A DNA stretch of 64,000 nucleotides from Podarcis muralis. Its lineage: Eukaryota. Location: contig NC_135655.1 in assembly GCF_964188315.1 (NCBI RefSeq), positions 80,228,001-80,292,000 of the forward strand. The letters run 5' to 3'. Positions within the stretch are counted from its first letter, which is position 1; every line of letters begins with the position of its first letter. Positions 1 to 10,966 of this stretch are shown here, piece after piece. The position numbers and the translations under genes are program-made. The notes under the pieces are model-generated. The model did not search any database. It worked only from the letters and a program-made list of their open reading frames with translations, and was not told the origin of the DNA.

Positions 1-102
1 GCGCCCTCGACCTCACGCTCCCGTGTTAAGTAACGGGGCACGACAGGTCGCGAAAGATAGGCCCGTCGCTGCTCCAGCTCGCTCTTTGCTCCCGGCCCTC
101 AC

Positions 103-250
103 CTGGCGCGGCAGTTGCCCGTTCCCATGGAGACGGCGCAGCCACTCAGGGGAGCGTAGGAGGCAGCCTGGCCGGAAGCTGCCGCCCTTGCGGTCACGGT
201 CACAGAGTTGTAAATGACAGAGCGGACGGAGAATCTCGTTGCCCGGGTAG
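103..250 (-). other. TMEM138: Probable non-coding first exon of TMEM138 (gene runs off the left edge); the right boundary (TSS) is approximate
   Basis: Minus-strand donor CCAG|GTGAG at 103/102 inside a CpG-rich segment, with an X-box at 121-134 and a minus-strand ETS motif at 254-260. Identity rests on vertebrate synteny (TMEM138 is head-to-head with CYB561A3); no TMEM138 coding sequence is visible. Confidence 0.4.
121..134 (-). promoter_or_regulatory. RFX X-box GTCTCCATGGGAAC
   Basis: The reverse complement of 121-134 matches the X-box consensus GTHNYY-AT-RRNAAC at every position. Confidence 0.6.
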
Positions 251-856
251 GAAACTTCCGCCCTGCCTCTGGAAGCCATTTATAAAGTCTTCCATGGGGC
301 GGAAGTGAATGCATCTGGAAGAAACCCGTGATTCTACAGCGGCTTAGAGGGGACTACTTTTTTTGATGCTTAGTTTAAAAAACAACAACAACAACAACAT
401 TTAAAACATGGCCCAGCACAGTCGGATGACATTTCACCATTTGTGTGTCGGGGTTTTTGGCTTGGAGAGCTGTTTATAACAGCCCTGCAAGGACACTATT
501 AATGGTGCAGGTCAGAAGTAGCACGAACGTTTGCATTTCCAGGTTACAGCAGTCTAGTTCATTTGCCTCTTCATACCACCCTCGTCCACTAAACTCCGCA
601 GACTCCGCGCTACACTCGCAAATGTTTACAGGGGTGTGCGCGCGCCTCTCACCTGATTCAAGACCCCGAGTTAGAAAATTATAGACTCCTCTCTTTGCTA
701 CTACTTTTTGCTCGTTATGTGGGCACCTGCTTCCCAACTATTGCTAAAGTAAAATCTTCAATTTCTCCTTTGATTTCTATGAGCAGCTGAAATTCCGCGT
801 GCAGACGACGACCGCTGGCGCTCTTTTTCTCTGTATGATACATGGCGCGGAGGGCG

Positions 857-925
857 GTTTTTTTTTTTGTTTTTTTTTTTTTGTTTTTTGTTTTTTGTTG
901 TTTGTTTTGTTTGTTTTGTTTTTTT
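857..925. repeat. Poly-T/(TTTG)n low-complexity tract
   Basis: Directly visible. Confidence 0.9.
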
Positions 926-1355
926 GCCTTTATTTACCCTTTGCCGCTGATCTGGCTTTTGAGCTTTTCTGGTGGGTTATTACCACTTCGGTGCGAAAGA
1001 AAGAATTCTCTTCCTTCCTTCGGTTTCCTTCAGCGCACTAAACTGGGGCTTCTAGCAGCTGGAAAGGCATTCCACCATTTGATGAAATCAATCCGTGCTT
1101 ACTGCCTCAATTTTTAAAAATGGAGACACTCGTTCCAGTGGAATCAGACCACCAGAGATATATTTTTGTTTTGATATCACAGCTACAGGAGCGAAATCCT
1201 GCAGCGCGATTTCAGCAGATTAAGGGGCACCTAACGCCGCTGCCAGTCTACAATAATAACTTACTGGCGTGGAACAGGGAGTTATAGAAAAGGTTGCCAA
1301 CCTGACAAAGCTCCTCCTTTTCCTTCAGCTCTTGCTGTGTGACAGTCAAAACTTC

Positions 1356-1365
1356 GTCACGTGAC
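1356..1365. promoter_or_regulatory. CLEAR element / E-box GTCACGTGAC (MiT/TFE or USF site)
   Basis: Exact 10-bp CLEAR consensus within the 12-bp palindrome CGTCACGTGACG, upstream of a lysosomal gene. Confidence 0.6.
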
Positions 1366-3123
1366 GCGTTTCCTATTAATACACCTGTATACATACCGGC
1401 AATATACCTATACCAGCTCAATTTGCCGGGCACTTAGGCATCCAGGAAGTCCCTCATCTCTTTGACGCAAGGGAAAACTTTAATGACGGGTGCACCTAGG
1501 TACATTGCAAAGGCAGAAGCAAACGAAGAGGCTTGTAAAGCTCATTAAATGAGAACTTTCCCGGCTCGATTCCCCGCCGTGTTCATGCCCAGCAATATAC
1601 TGTACAGTACTGTACAGATCTTGCTGAGAAAACTACATTTCCCAGAAACCCGTCTTGGCGTTGGCTGGGCAGTGCCATAAACTGCGTCTAGACTAGTCTG
1701 AAGTGCCTCCTATCATGAGCAGAGACGATGGAGCTGAAGGGGACCTGGAGCTTTGGAACTACTTTTCCCGGCGCTCCCCGCGACTCAGACGGAAGCGAGG
1801 TGTGAGCTGTTGCTTGTATTTCTCGGTTCTTTGAGTGCGTGGACGCAGCTGGGTCGCGAAAGCAAACCTTGACCCTTGTGTGTGCGCAATCCCTCTTGCG
1901 GCTGTTCCCGGCGCTTCCCTGCAAGGGGCGATCCCGCTACCCATTTATACGTTATGCTGTCTAGCAAATGTCAATTCCTTATTGCTCCTCATATGTGCTT
2001 TAATGGCGCGGTCGGGGGTGTGCACTGGGCAGCAGAACCTGCAGTGCTTGAAACTCCTTGCAAGTTGCTCTCTGGAACTGCTGTGGGTTCAGCTTCGCTC
2101 GACAGCCTGGATCCAATAGATGCTTCGTGTGCTAGTTGAACAGAGATGCGACCGGGGATCCTGCAGCCCTGCAGGTGCTTCTGGACTCCAGCTCCCATCT
2201 GCCTCAGCCACAAGGGGGAGGTGCCCTGGATGATGGGAGTTGTAGTCTATCAGTATCTGGAGAGCAGCAGGTGCCCCAGTTGTGCAAGGTAACTGTACTG
2301 TATGTTGCTTACGAAGGCTGTTGCCGCAGCAAACCAATTTATCGCTTTATGCCAGCAGCTTTCTTGAGGCAGAGCACTGGACGTCACGGGACTTTGTGCT
2401 TTATTGTTAACTTTATGAGGCTGGAGTTGGTTCCTTGTTCAGCACGCATGAGGGAGCAGCCTGAATATGGAACTGACGTTTGCACACTTCTGCGCCTTGC
2501 GATAAGTTGTCGGCAACCGCGTTTCACTGCCAGCGTCACCCCGAGAGACTGCCAGCTATAAGTAGTGCCAGCTTAGCATTCTCTCCCATCCATTTTTTGC
2601 ATTGGCTGCCGTTATGTTCATGAAACCGAGAGACGGTGAAATTCAAGGCTAAAAGACGGGGTAGTTTGTCACGGTTGTCTGTTCACCAGTCGATGCCAGA
2701 AATTATTCTTATTTAAATATCGACCCACAAGTGCTTAAAGTCCTCCCTCTCTTTGGAAGCAAAGGAAAGCAAAAGCAGCAACCACCTGGTGCGATTTTCA
2801 AAAGGGGCTCTTTGGCATGGTAGTGCATCAGTGTTTATTAGTTCTTGTTACAGTGGCCATTTTCTGCTCTTCTCTTTGACCCCGCTTATACGTTGCAGTA
2901 AAGCTATAAGACTGTAAGTAAAAAGGTTGATCATAAAGATAAATGATTCTAGTCGGGTAGCTGGGTCAAAACATGTTAGCAAAACCATATTTTGAATGAA
3001 ACATTTCCAAAGTTGGCTGTAGTTTCTATGTATTTTCTTATCTTACACCTACTTACCCTTGATGTTTACACTTCCTTTCCTAAGGGTGTTTTAATACTTT
3101 GTTCTAAATCTATTGATGGGGTT

Positions 3124-3128
<5 letters not shown>

Positions 3129-3158
<30 letters not shown>
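3129..3158. repeat. (GT)15 microsatellite
   Basis: Directly visible. Confidence 0.95.
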
Positions 3159-3159
<1 letters not shown>

Positions 3160-5164
3160 GTTATGAATTTGTGGGGTGAGAGACACTCTAAATTCCTGGG
3201 TCCAATAAAAGTTAGAATTAATCAAGGACTGGGGAGTTAAAACTGCCAAACACTGAACCACTGGAATATTAACATTAACAACAACAACAATTCTATACTG
3301 CCCTTCATCCAAGGATCATAGGGCGGTTTAAAATATAAAAGCACCAAAATGCATGCCATAGTAACAAACAAAAACACAGTAGTTACTCTGTGCTGGACAG
3401 CAGAGGGGTGTGAGCCCCTCCTCCTTCTAGAGAGGTAGATAGTAATACAAATGGCCATTTTTCAGTTGCAGTGGACTGATGTAAGCAGGAGGGAAAATAA
3501 TTTTGGGAGGGAAGCAGAGTCTCTGGAGAAAAAGCAGTCACAGCACAATGTGGGCTGACAGTTTGAATCCAGTGTGGCAGCAATGGTAGAAACAGGGCCC
3601 TCCTGAACTGTAAAACTCCCCCATATAATTGTGGGAATTGTAGTTTGTAAAGGGTGCTGTGAATTGTAGCTCGGTGAGAGGCAAACTACAATTCTCAAGC
3701 TTATTTGGAGGAAGCCATGAGCTTTGAATGTAAATGTATGGTATGGGTGTGACCCCAAACTGAACTGGCAACTTTAAACTATATTTTGTGGGCTATGCCC
3801 CCACAGAAACCACACAGGACACAGCTGCTCAGCAGCTTTCACTTTTGCATCAGACACATTTTCCACTTGGTGTACGTGGTGAGTTAATGGCACAAAAGTT
3901 TCAGTAGAGCTCTCCAGTTCATGAGAAGATGCTAGTAGAAATTGCCAGCCATCCAAGCTGAGAGTCTGGCTGCAGTTAGATAAGAGACTTTAAAAAAAAC
4001 AACAAAAAAACAACAACCCTAGTTTGTCATTCACTTAACTTCCAGCCCACCTTTGCACTGTGAAGACAAAGGTTCAGTCATTGCCATAGTCTTTTAATGC
4101 ACACACTCTGCAAGCTCCTCACTTCTGTCTTGAAAGCAGAAGTTGGGATGATCTTGTGACCGTTGTCTCCCTCCAGGACCCAGTGGTTGCAGGTGCAGCA
4201 TCTGTGCAGGGCTGCTGGGTTGCTAGAAAAAGTCTGTGGTTTGCACCTTTCACTGTGGGGACAGTTCGTAAATAAATTTGAAATCTAATGTGAGGCTATC
4301 TGTTTTCTTATGCAATTGACTGCAGTGACCTTTATTTTTGGCTGAAACTCAGCTATGAGTTAGATCAAGTTGGATCCAGTAGCAGCCAATCTAATTTCAC
4401 TTTATGAGTGCCAGTGTTGCTTACACAAAAGTTTGCCTTGGTTCACAGAAGAGCCTTGGATATCAGAATTGGACATAACACATGGTCTCTGCTGCCTAAC
4501 TAGATTTAACTAAATTGGAGTTGCATCCTGCCAGATCATATGATCAATTCAGTGTAGGTTCTGGTTCCTGATCAACAACTGTGGGACTGTTTTGTTTCTC
4601 TGGAAACTTTCTCTTCAGTAACATGTGTACTCCTTTGGTGTTTCTGTGCAACTTGGCTTTGGGAAGTATGTAGTACCATTTACTTTCTGAAGGAAGTAAT
4701 TGAGCCTCCTTCTTTTAGTGGACAGGGGCTGCAGACAGTAGAAGCCCCTGCTGACACAGTTGGATATAGTCTGTGAGGTGTGTTATCCCATTGGACAAGC
4801 TGCTGGTAACTGCCAACCTTGACTTTTGAGAGAATAGTGGTTAGAATGTGAATTGCCTTAACCAGCCTGGGGAAATTCCAGATCTACCTTCCACTTAGCT
4901 GTGAAGTTTTGATGTTTCATGGTCTGTGGTGGACATACTATTGAAATCAGTTCCTCTGACCCAGCGTCTGAGACTCCACCCTATTTTGGGTTACAAAACT
5001 GTGTGACAGAAAAACAGTTCTCTGCTGAAGGGAGGAAAGCAGAACTAGGTAGTAAAGAAAAAGAGGAGGCAAAAATCTTGCTGGTGCCAGAACCAGCAGA
5101 TGGTTGGATAGCTTTTACAGCTAGCTGGTCTCTTGCCTTCTCAGGTGTGCTCCCTGTGAACAGG

Positions 5165-8100
5165 ATGATTCCCAGAGTCTCATTCTTGCTGCTCTCAATC
5201 CTACTGGGAATTCTGGGGATCTTGTGTGTGGTGTTCACAGTCTACTGGACCCAACACTGGCTTGGTGGCTTTGCCTGGGATGGTTCTTCTCAGATGTTTA
5301 ACTGGCATCCAGTTTTCATGGTGACAGGCATGTTGGTCTTGACTGGTGCAGGTAAGTGAAAAGAGGATCCAATCCTTTTCTGATTTCCTCTCCTCCTGCC
5401 CCAGTAACAGAACCGATATTAACATCCTATACAGTGTTATCTTGGGTTAAGAACTTAATTCGTTCTGGAGGTCCGTTTTTAACCAGAAACTGTTCTTAAC
5501 CTGAAGTATCACTTTAGCTAATGGGGCCTCCCGCTGCCACCGCACAATTTCTGTTCTCATCCTGAAGCAAAGTTCTTAACCCGAGGTACTATTTCTGGGT
5601 TAGCTGAGTCTGTACCTTGAAGCATCTGTAACCTGAGATACCACTGTATCCTTTTAAGTGTGTTTGTGAGGGCGGGGGGTTATTTTATTATGTATCTTGT
5701 GTTTTTATCTTGTGTTTTTATTCTGTGAACTACCCTGAGATCATTGGCTGAAGGGCAGTATACAAAACAAGCAAGCCTGGGAATCAGTGACTTGGCTATT
5801 TTGGGGGGGATGTGGGGAGGGTGCCTGAGCTATCTTGGCTCTAGTGACTTCTCCCCCTCTCTCTCCTCCAGCGGTGCTAGTGTATCGCGTGCCCCTCTCT
5901 TGGTCAGGGCCCAAGCTGCCATGGAAGCTGCTGCATGCAGGACTGACCTTGGCAGCATTCATCCTAATTGTCCTGGGACTGGTGGCCGTCTTTGACTATC
6001 ACAACAAACAGGGCATTGCCAACATGTACTCCCTCCACAGCTGGCTAGGGCTTGCTGCTGTGCTGCTCTTCTCCTGTCAGGTGGGTAAGAACCTAAGAAG
6101 CTGTAGCTTGGTGGCAGAGCACATACTTTGCATCGAGTGTGAGGAACATTCACCCTCCAGATGTTGCTGAACTACACTTCTCATCATCCCTGAGTATTGG
6201 CCATGCTTGCTAGGGCAAATGGGAGTTGCTGTGCTGCAACATCTGATGGCCAAATATCCCCCACCCCTGTTTTTCATGCAGAGGGTACTTGGTTCAGTCC
6301 CAGTCACTTTTGTGTAGGGTTGGAGCAGGGGGAAACCTGTCTGGAGCTACCACTTTTAGTGTTCAGAAGGGATACACAAACTTCAGGTTTGTTGGATCTA
6401 CTTTGGTTTTTTTTCCCACAAGAATCCCAAGAGCAACCAACCAGAGCTAGGTGCAAAAGACATATTTGGAATTAAATAAGGTGGTTGCCTCCTAGCACAA
6501 TCTCAGCCCATGAATCCCAGTACTGAGAAAGCTGCCATTTGTAGATCTAACCTCCTTGAATTCATCGTAATACTTCTAAAAGCAAAGTATTTTGGTGGGC
6601 TGTCACCAGTGCTTTTTTCTGGGGGACACAGGTGTACGCATACCCCTAAACATTTTGTGAATTTAATTTTGGCCTCATTGAGGGGCAGTATTTCAATATG
6701 AATAGGAAAATGAGAGTACTCCTAAACATATTTTTTTTAGAAAAAAAGCACTGGTTGTCACCGACATTGCATAGAAGATATACTTTTGTCTTAAACCTGC
6801 GGCCTGACACTTCTTGTATTTTGTGAGAGTGAATAATTTGTTGTAGCCACCCTTTTCATAAATATTAGGTTTCCTCCCTCTTGAGTAATCCCCCCTTAAC
6901 CCCTTCACCATGTGCACATGTGGTATTAAAAGTTTGTTTCAAACATTTTATTTGTTTTATTTAAAATGTTATCTGTAAAAGCGCAGTAGATATTTGAAAA
7001 AAACTAACCTAAATTGTTCACTGGTGGCTGTCTCCCCCCCCCCCCAAGCTCTCATAGCTAGTTTGAGATTTTAGATCATGAATATAATAAAACAAATACT
7101 TCTGCAAATCTGGTTTCTGCATTACTTGTGCTCAGTCCCTGTGCAGATACCATACTGAGCTCTGCCTCCAATATGGGTTTCTGAAAATATCCCAATTTCT
7201 TATCTCTTCCATCCAGTGGGCCATGGGCTTTGCTTCTTTCTTGCTGCCTTGGGCTCCCACCTGGTTCCGAGCCTTGTACAAGCCCATCCATGTCTTCTTT
7301 GGCTCTGCCATCATCCCTTTAGTTGTGGCCGCCTGCATCTCGGGCATCAATGAGAAGCTTTTCTTCAAACTGTGAGTAGCAAAACAGAGAGGGCTTGCTT
7401 GATACTGGGAGGAGGAAATAGTCTGCGCTAAAAAGACAATGGAGAATATGTTGCTGGTTATTTACACTGGACAGAGTTGGCAGTCTTCTGGGGTACAAAT
7501 AATGAAGGATGAAGAGGCAGCTGCTCAGCCTGGTCCAGATCGATAGCAGTCATTATAAGTTTGAAAGCAATGATAGCTTTGAGACCAGGAATAAGGAACA
7601 TATAGTTCGGCAACATTTGAAAGGCCACTGGTTCCCCATCCCTGTTTTAGAAGTACAGAAGGGAAATGTGTCCACAAGGCAATGGGGAACCTGAGAATGC
7701 GGTTAAACCACATGTAGCAGAAGCAGATGGGAATGTGGAGCTAGTGTCTGGAGGCTTGCAATGTGAAGATAGTGTTCTGCTCAATAGGTCATTGTACACA
7801 TTTCATTGAATATAAGATGTGCTCCAGCCTCGAGCCCAAATGCATTACTTGGGTGTCTGGGACAGCAGAATGGCTGTTGGAGCAAAGCTACATATGGTGA
7901 AAGAGATTACGTGGCTTAATATAGATTGTTGGCACTATCCAGATATTTCCTTCTTTATGGGTCTCTGGGGAGGTGTTTGTGGTGCTATTGGCTTTTCATC
8001 AAGCATTTTTGCTTTTTGTCTGTACTTTTAGAACAAACACGAGCACACCCTACGCTCAGCTTCCTGCAGAGGCATGGTTTGCCAATATATTGGGGATGCT

Positions 8101-9732
8101 GATCCTGGTCTTTGGGCTACTGGTGCTGTTTGCGCTTGCCATGCCAGTATGGAAGCGTCCAGATGTGAATTCGCAAGATACCCAAGAGGTGGTATTATTA
8201 TTATTATTATTAGCCTTTAAGATTGATTTATTTTACTACAACTATTTCCTGCCTATCCTTCAAGGCATCACACAAGGTTTTCTGTCTCCCCCACTACAAT
8301 TTATCCTAACAACAACCCTGTGAGGCAGGTTAGGCTAAGAGGGACTGGCCAAAGTCACCCACTGAGCTACATGGCTGAGAGGGGATTTGAACCTGGATCT
8401 TCTTGGGCCTAGTCCAGCACTCTAGTCACTACACCATACTGGCTCGAACCCACCAATGTATTGTGGCTTGTAATTCATGTCTGTTGAGTTTAAATGGTAG
8501 TGTGTACTAGCTTGGACAAAGTAGCAGAGGGATGGGGGAAGAATTTTTCAGAAAATGAAACTCTTGTTCAACTGTTGTTAGGATGAGAGCAGTGTATTTT
8601 CGCTGTGTACACACAAGAGTTCCAAGTAGATTTGGTGCATCCCTTGCTTACATGTTTTTTCCCCTGCCATCCACATGATTTTATCCTCCTTCAAGTAGAA
8701 ACTTGCACCACTTCCCAATAATTCAGATTTATTTGATACACAGATAATGCAGTAAGGGGAAAAAAATCCAACATAAAACCACATGCTACCCAAATATGAA
8801 TGTACTAAAGCACATTATGTGGGTGACATCCATATATGTATGTGTGTGATGATGTTTTGCTGGGTGTCATGTTTTCATCATCACCTCTACTTCTGATGAC
8901 AAGGCAGTTCTCAATGGGCTTCTGGTGGGGCTGAGTATGACCTCATATATGCTTTTTTTCTTTCTTTTAAAAATCTGCTGTTTTCCGTAAATCTGGTATA
9001 TCAGAAAACTTGTATCTATATTTCTTTTAATGGCTGTGCACACAAGTAAGCAAATACCTGTGCAAATGCTCATAATGGACCGCAGGTGTCCTTAAGTCAG
9101 GGAGGGGTTCTATAAAGTACTAATGGGGAAGTAATAATTGAGGAGAGGGGGGACAATAACACATGGTATGAGTATAGCCCATCAAGAACTGACCGATAGT
9201 ATGGACAGGAGACGTTAAACTTCATTAGATTTGGGGTTGTGGGTTTTTTGGTTTTATTACACACACACACACACACACACACACGCAAATATGTTCATTG
9301 CATACCACCCTAACGAAGGAAATAACTGAACAGTGGGGCATGTTTTTGAGATTTCATTTTTGGTTAATGATAAGACATATTTATTGTGGATTATTAGTCT
9401 GACTGGCTTCCAACAGTTCTCTGTCCTATTTCCCCATAGCCTCCATGGGTTTATATTGCAGAACATTTGTTTTGAAAACTCAGACATAGAATGACACATG
9501 TGTATAGTAGTGGAACTTATCCCTGGCAAAAGGAGCAACAGTATGGGAGCTAAATCCTAGAAACCTGGTCTGAATTTTCTCTGCAAGAGGCCTAGACTGA
9601 ACATCATAAGCAATAGACAACATGTTCTGAGAGAGTTTAATATCTGAGAGTGAGATAGAAAGCTTATGGAATCAAGCTTTATTATTTACTTCTGTTCTTT
9701 TTCTACAGCCCTTGCTACAGGAGGATAAATGA
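5165..9732 (+). CDS. CYB561A3: Lysosomal ascorbate-dependent cytochrome b561 (243 aa); join(5165..5351,5872..6080,7217..7371,8032..8188,9709..9732)
   Basis: GT-AG exons join in frame (732 nt): MIPRVSFLLL...FNWHPVFM...KLPWKLLHAG...MYSLHSWLG...YKPIHVFFG...GINEKLFF...WKRPDVNSQDTQE/PLLQEDK*. All four heme-ligand His motifs (WHP, LLH, SLHS, PIH) are present, and gene order matches human. Confidence 0.95.
5432..5646. mobile_element. Tc1/mariner (pogo/Tigger-like) MITE, copy 1
   Basis: TA|CAGTG...CCACTG|TA termini; internal sequence shared with the copies at 15074 and 54396. Confidence 0.85.
6607..6753. mobile_element. hAT-type MITE
   Basis: TIR CAGTGCTTTTTTCT...AGAAAAAAAGCACTG; 8-bp TSD GCTGTCAC/GTTGTCAC (1 mismatch). 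Confidence 0.75.
8200..8445 (-). mobile_element. tRNA-derived squamate SINE (Squam/MIR-like), decayed
   Basis: Contains ACAACAACCCTGTGAGG...AAAGTCACCC...GGATTTGAACCTGG...CACTACACCATACTGGCT (reverse-complemented tRNA head) and a (TTA)n tail. Confidence 0.6.
9259..9284. repeat. (AC)13 microsatellite
   Basis: Directly visible. Confidence 0.95.
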
Positions 9733-9883
9733 AGCAGCAAACAGGAAGGATTGTGATCCAGACCTGTGTGGTGGCCTGTTCTCCACTGAGATCTTCAGCC
9801 GTTCTTGCTTCTGTTTTCAGTGCAAGAGTTGAAACTTTAATTGTGGCACTGAATTGTCTGGCCTTCTGGGTACTTTATTAATT

Positions 9884-9915
9884 CCCCCCACCCCACCCCA
9901 CCCCACCCCACCCCC
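9884..9915. repeat. (CCCCA)n pentamer repeat
   Basis: Directly visible in the CYB561A3 3' UTR. Confidence 0.9.
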
Positions 9916-10058
9916 GGCTTCCTCTTGCTGAGTTGTTGAGCTGCTGGAAATCCAGGTATCTCTGAACAATTCATTTCTTAGTTGCTATTGTGCCATTATG
10001 ACAAGTTCCCAGATTTTTGTACTTCATGGACTTATTAGAAACCTAAATTATCAGATGA

Positions 10059-10064
10059 AATAAA
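10059..10064 (+). terminator. Candidate proximal polyadenylation signal of CYB561A3 (AATAAA)
   Basis: First AATAAA I found after the stop codon, followed by a U-rich tract; not verified by transcript data. Confidence 0.35.
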
Positions 10065-10610
10065 TGATTCCTTCTTATTGTTTTGCTGTTGGATTTGCAG
10101 GTGCTTCTACACTAGGTGTTCAGCGTGGAATTGTCATGCTTCAGGCATTCACTTTTGAATGGGGCATCCATACAGTGCTGACATCCATGTATTGTCCTCC
10201 TGTGTTTTCCTGTGACTCTTGTTAGGTATTTGTTTAATACCTACTCTTGTTAGGTATTTTCTGTTTAATAACAGAAAAACAGCACAATTCTGAAGGTGCC
10301 TGCGGCCTTAGCATTCCTCATCCATCTTCTTAAAGAGATGGAGTTTCAATGAGTGTGTCCAGATGAGGGTCTCCTACTGCTATCAGTCATGACTCTCCCG
10401 TTATAAGCAGAATTGCAGCTGATTATCCACCTGCCTCTGGTGCTCTGATGCAGTGTCTGCATCTTATTATATTTTGTCCACAAGGTGGGCATGACATAAC
10501 TGCATGGACAAGGTTATATCCTTCTGTTTCTTCACCTGTTGGTTGGCTGTCACACGTCTCCTTTTTCCTCACATTTTGAAGCGGGTGCTTCTTAGCACCA
10601 TTTTAACCCC

Positions 10611-10966
10611 CGTGGCGCTGTGGGTAAAAGCCTCAGCGCCTAGGGCTTGCCGATCGAAAGGTCGGTGGTTCGAATCCCCGCGGTGGGGTGCGCTCCCGCT
10701 GCTTGGTCCCAGCGCCTGCCAACCTAGCAGTTCGAAAGCACCCCCGGGTGCAAGTAGATAAATAGGGACCGCTTACCAGCGGGAAGGTAAACGGCGTTCC
10801 GTGTGCTGTGCTGGCTCGCCAGATGCAGCTTTGTCACGCTGGCCACGTGACCCGGAAGTGTCTCCGGACAGCGCTGGCCCCCGGCCTCTTGAGTGAGATG
10901 GGCGCACAACCCCAGAGTCTGTCAAGACTGGCCCGTACGGGCAGGGGTACCTTTACCTTTTACCTT
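10611..10966 (+). mobile_element. Sauria SINE, near full length
   Basis: tRNA head (TGGCGCTGTGG, GGTTCGAATCC), Sauria core CCTAGCAGTTCGAAAGC and (ACCTTT)n tail; close to the copy at 57940-58306. Confidence 0.9.

Larger units (their letters stand above)
1..2100. promoter_or_regulatory. CpG-rich divergent promoter region (TMEM138/CYB561A3) with two motif clusters
   Basis: High CpG density at about 1-330 and 1550-2100. ETS motifs ACTTCCG 254-260, CGGAAGTG 300-307 and CGGAAG 1790-1795; ZNF143-type ACTACA-TTTCCCAG at 1632-1645 and AACTACTTTTCCCGG at 1757-1771; CLEAR box 1356-1365; X-box 121-134. Confidence 0.7.

Noticed and set aside
1673-1690. PSE-like GCCATAAAC just after a ZNF143 motif, suggesting an snRNA-type gene
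   Set aside because: No proper octamer or TATA, and no recognisable snRNA sequence downstream; a Pol II CpG promoter explains the motifs.
2231-2250. Further ACTACAnnTCCCA motifs (2231, about 3640, 61310, 63240)
   Set aside because: They sit in AT-rich or repeat-like context and this motif is common in squamate repeats; not called as ZNF143 sites.
2506-2517. X-box-like GTTGTCGGCAAC, and CCATGGCAAC near 12903
   Set aside because: Imperfect or half sites away from a promoter; expected by chance.
4919-5164. N-terminal extension of the 146-aa ORF upstream of the CYB561A3 Met
   Set aside because: It lies upstream of a good acceptor (TTCTCAG at 5144) and has no b561 similarity; this is intronic read-through.
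10611-10690. tRNA-like A/B boxes (also near 12800, 57500, 58240)
   Set aside because: These are SINE heads with SINE bodies and tails; no cloverleaf tRNA gene.
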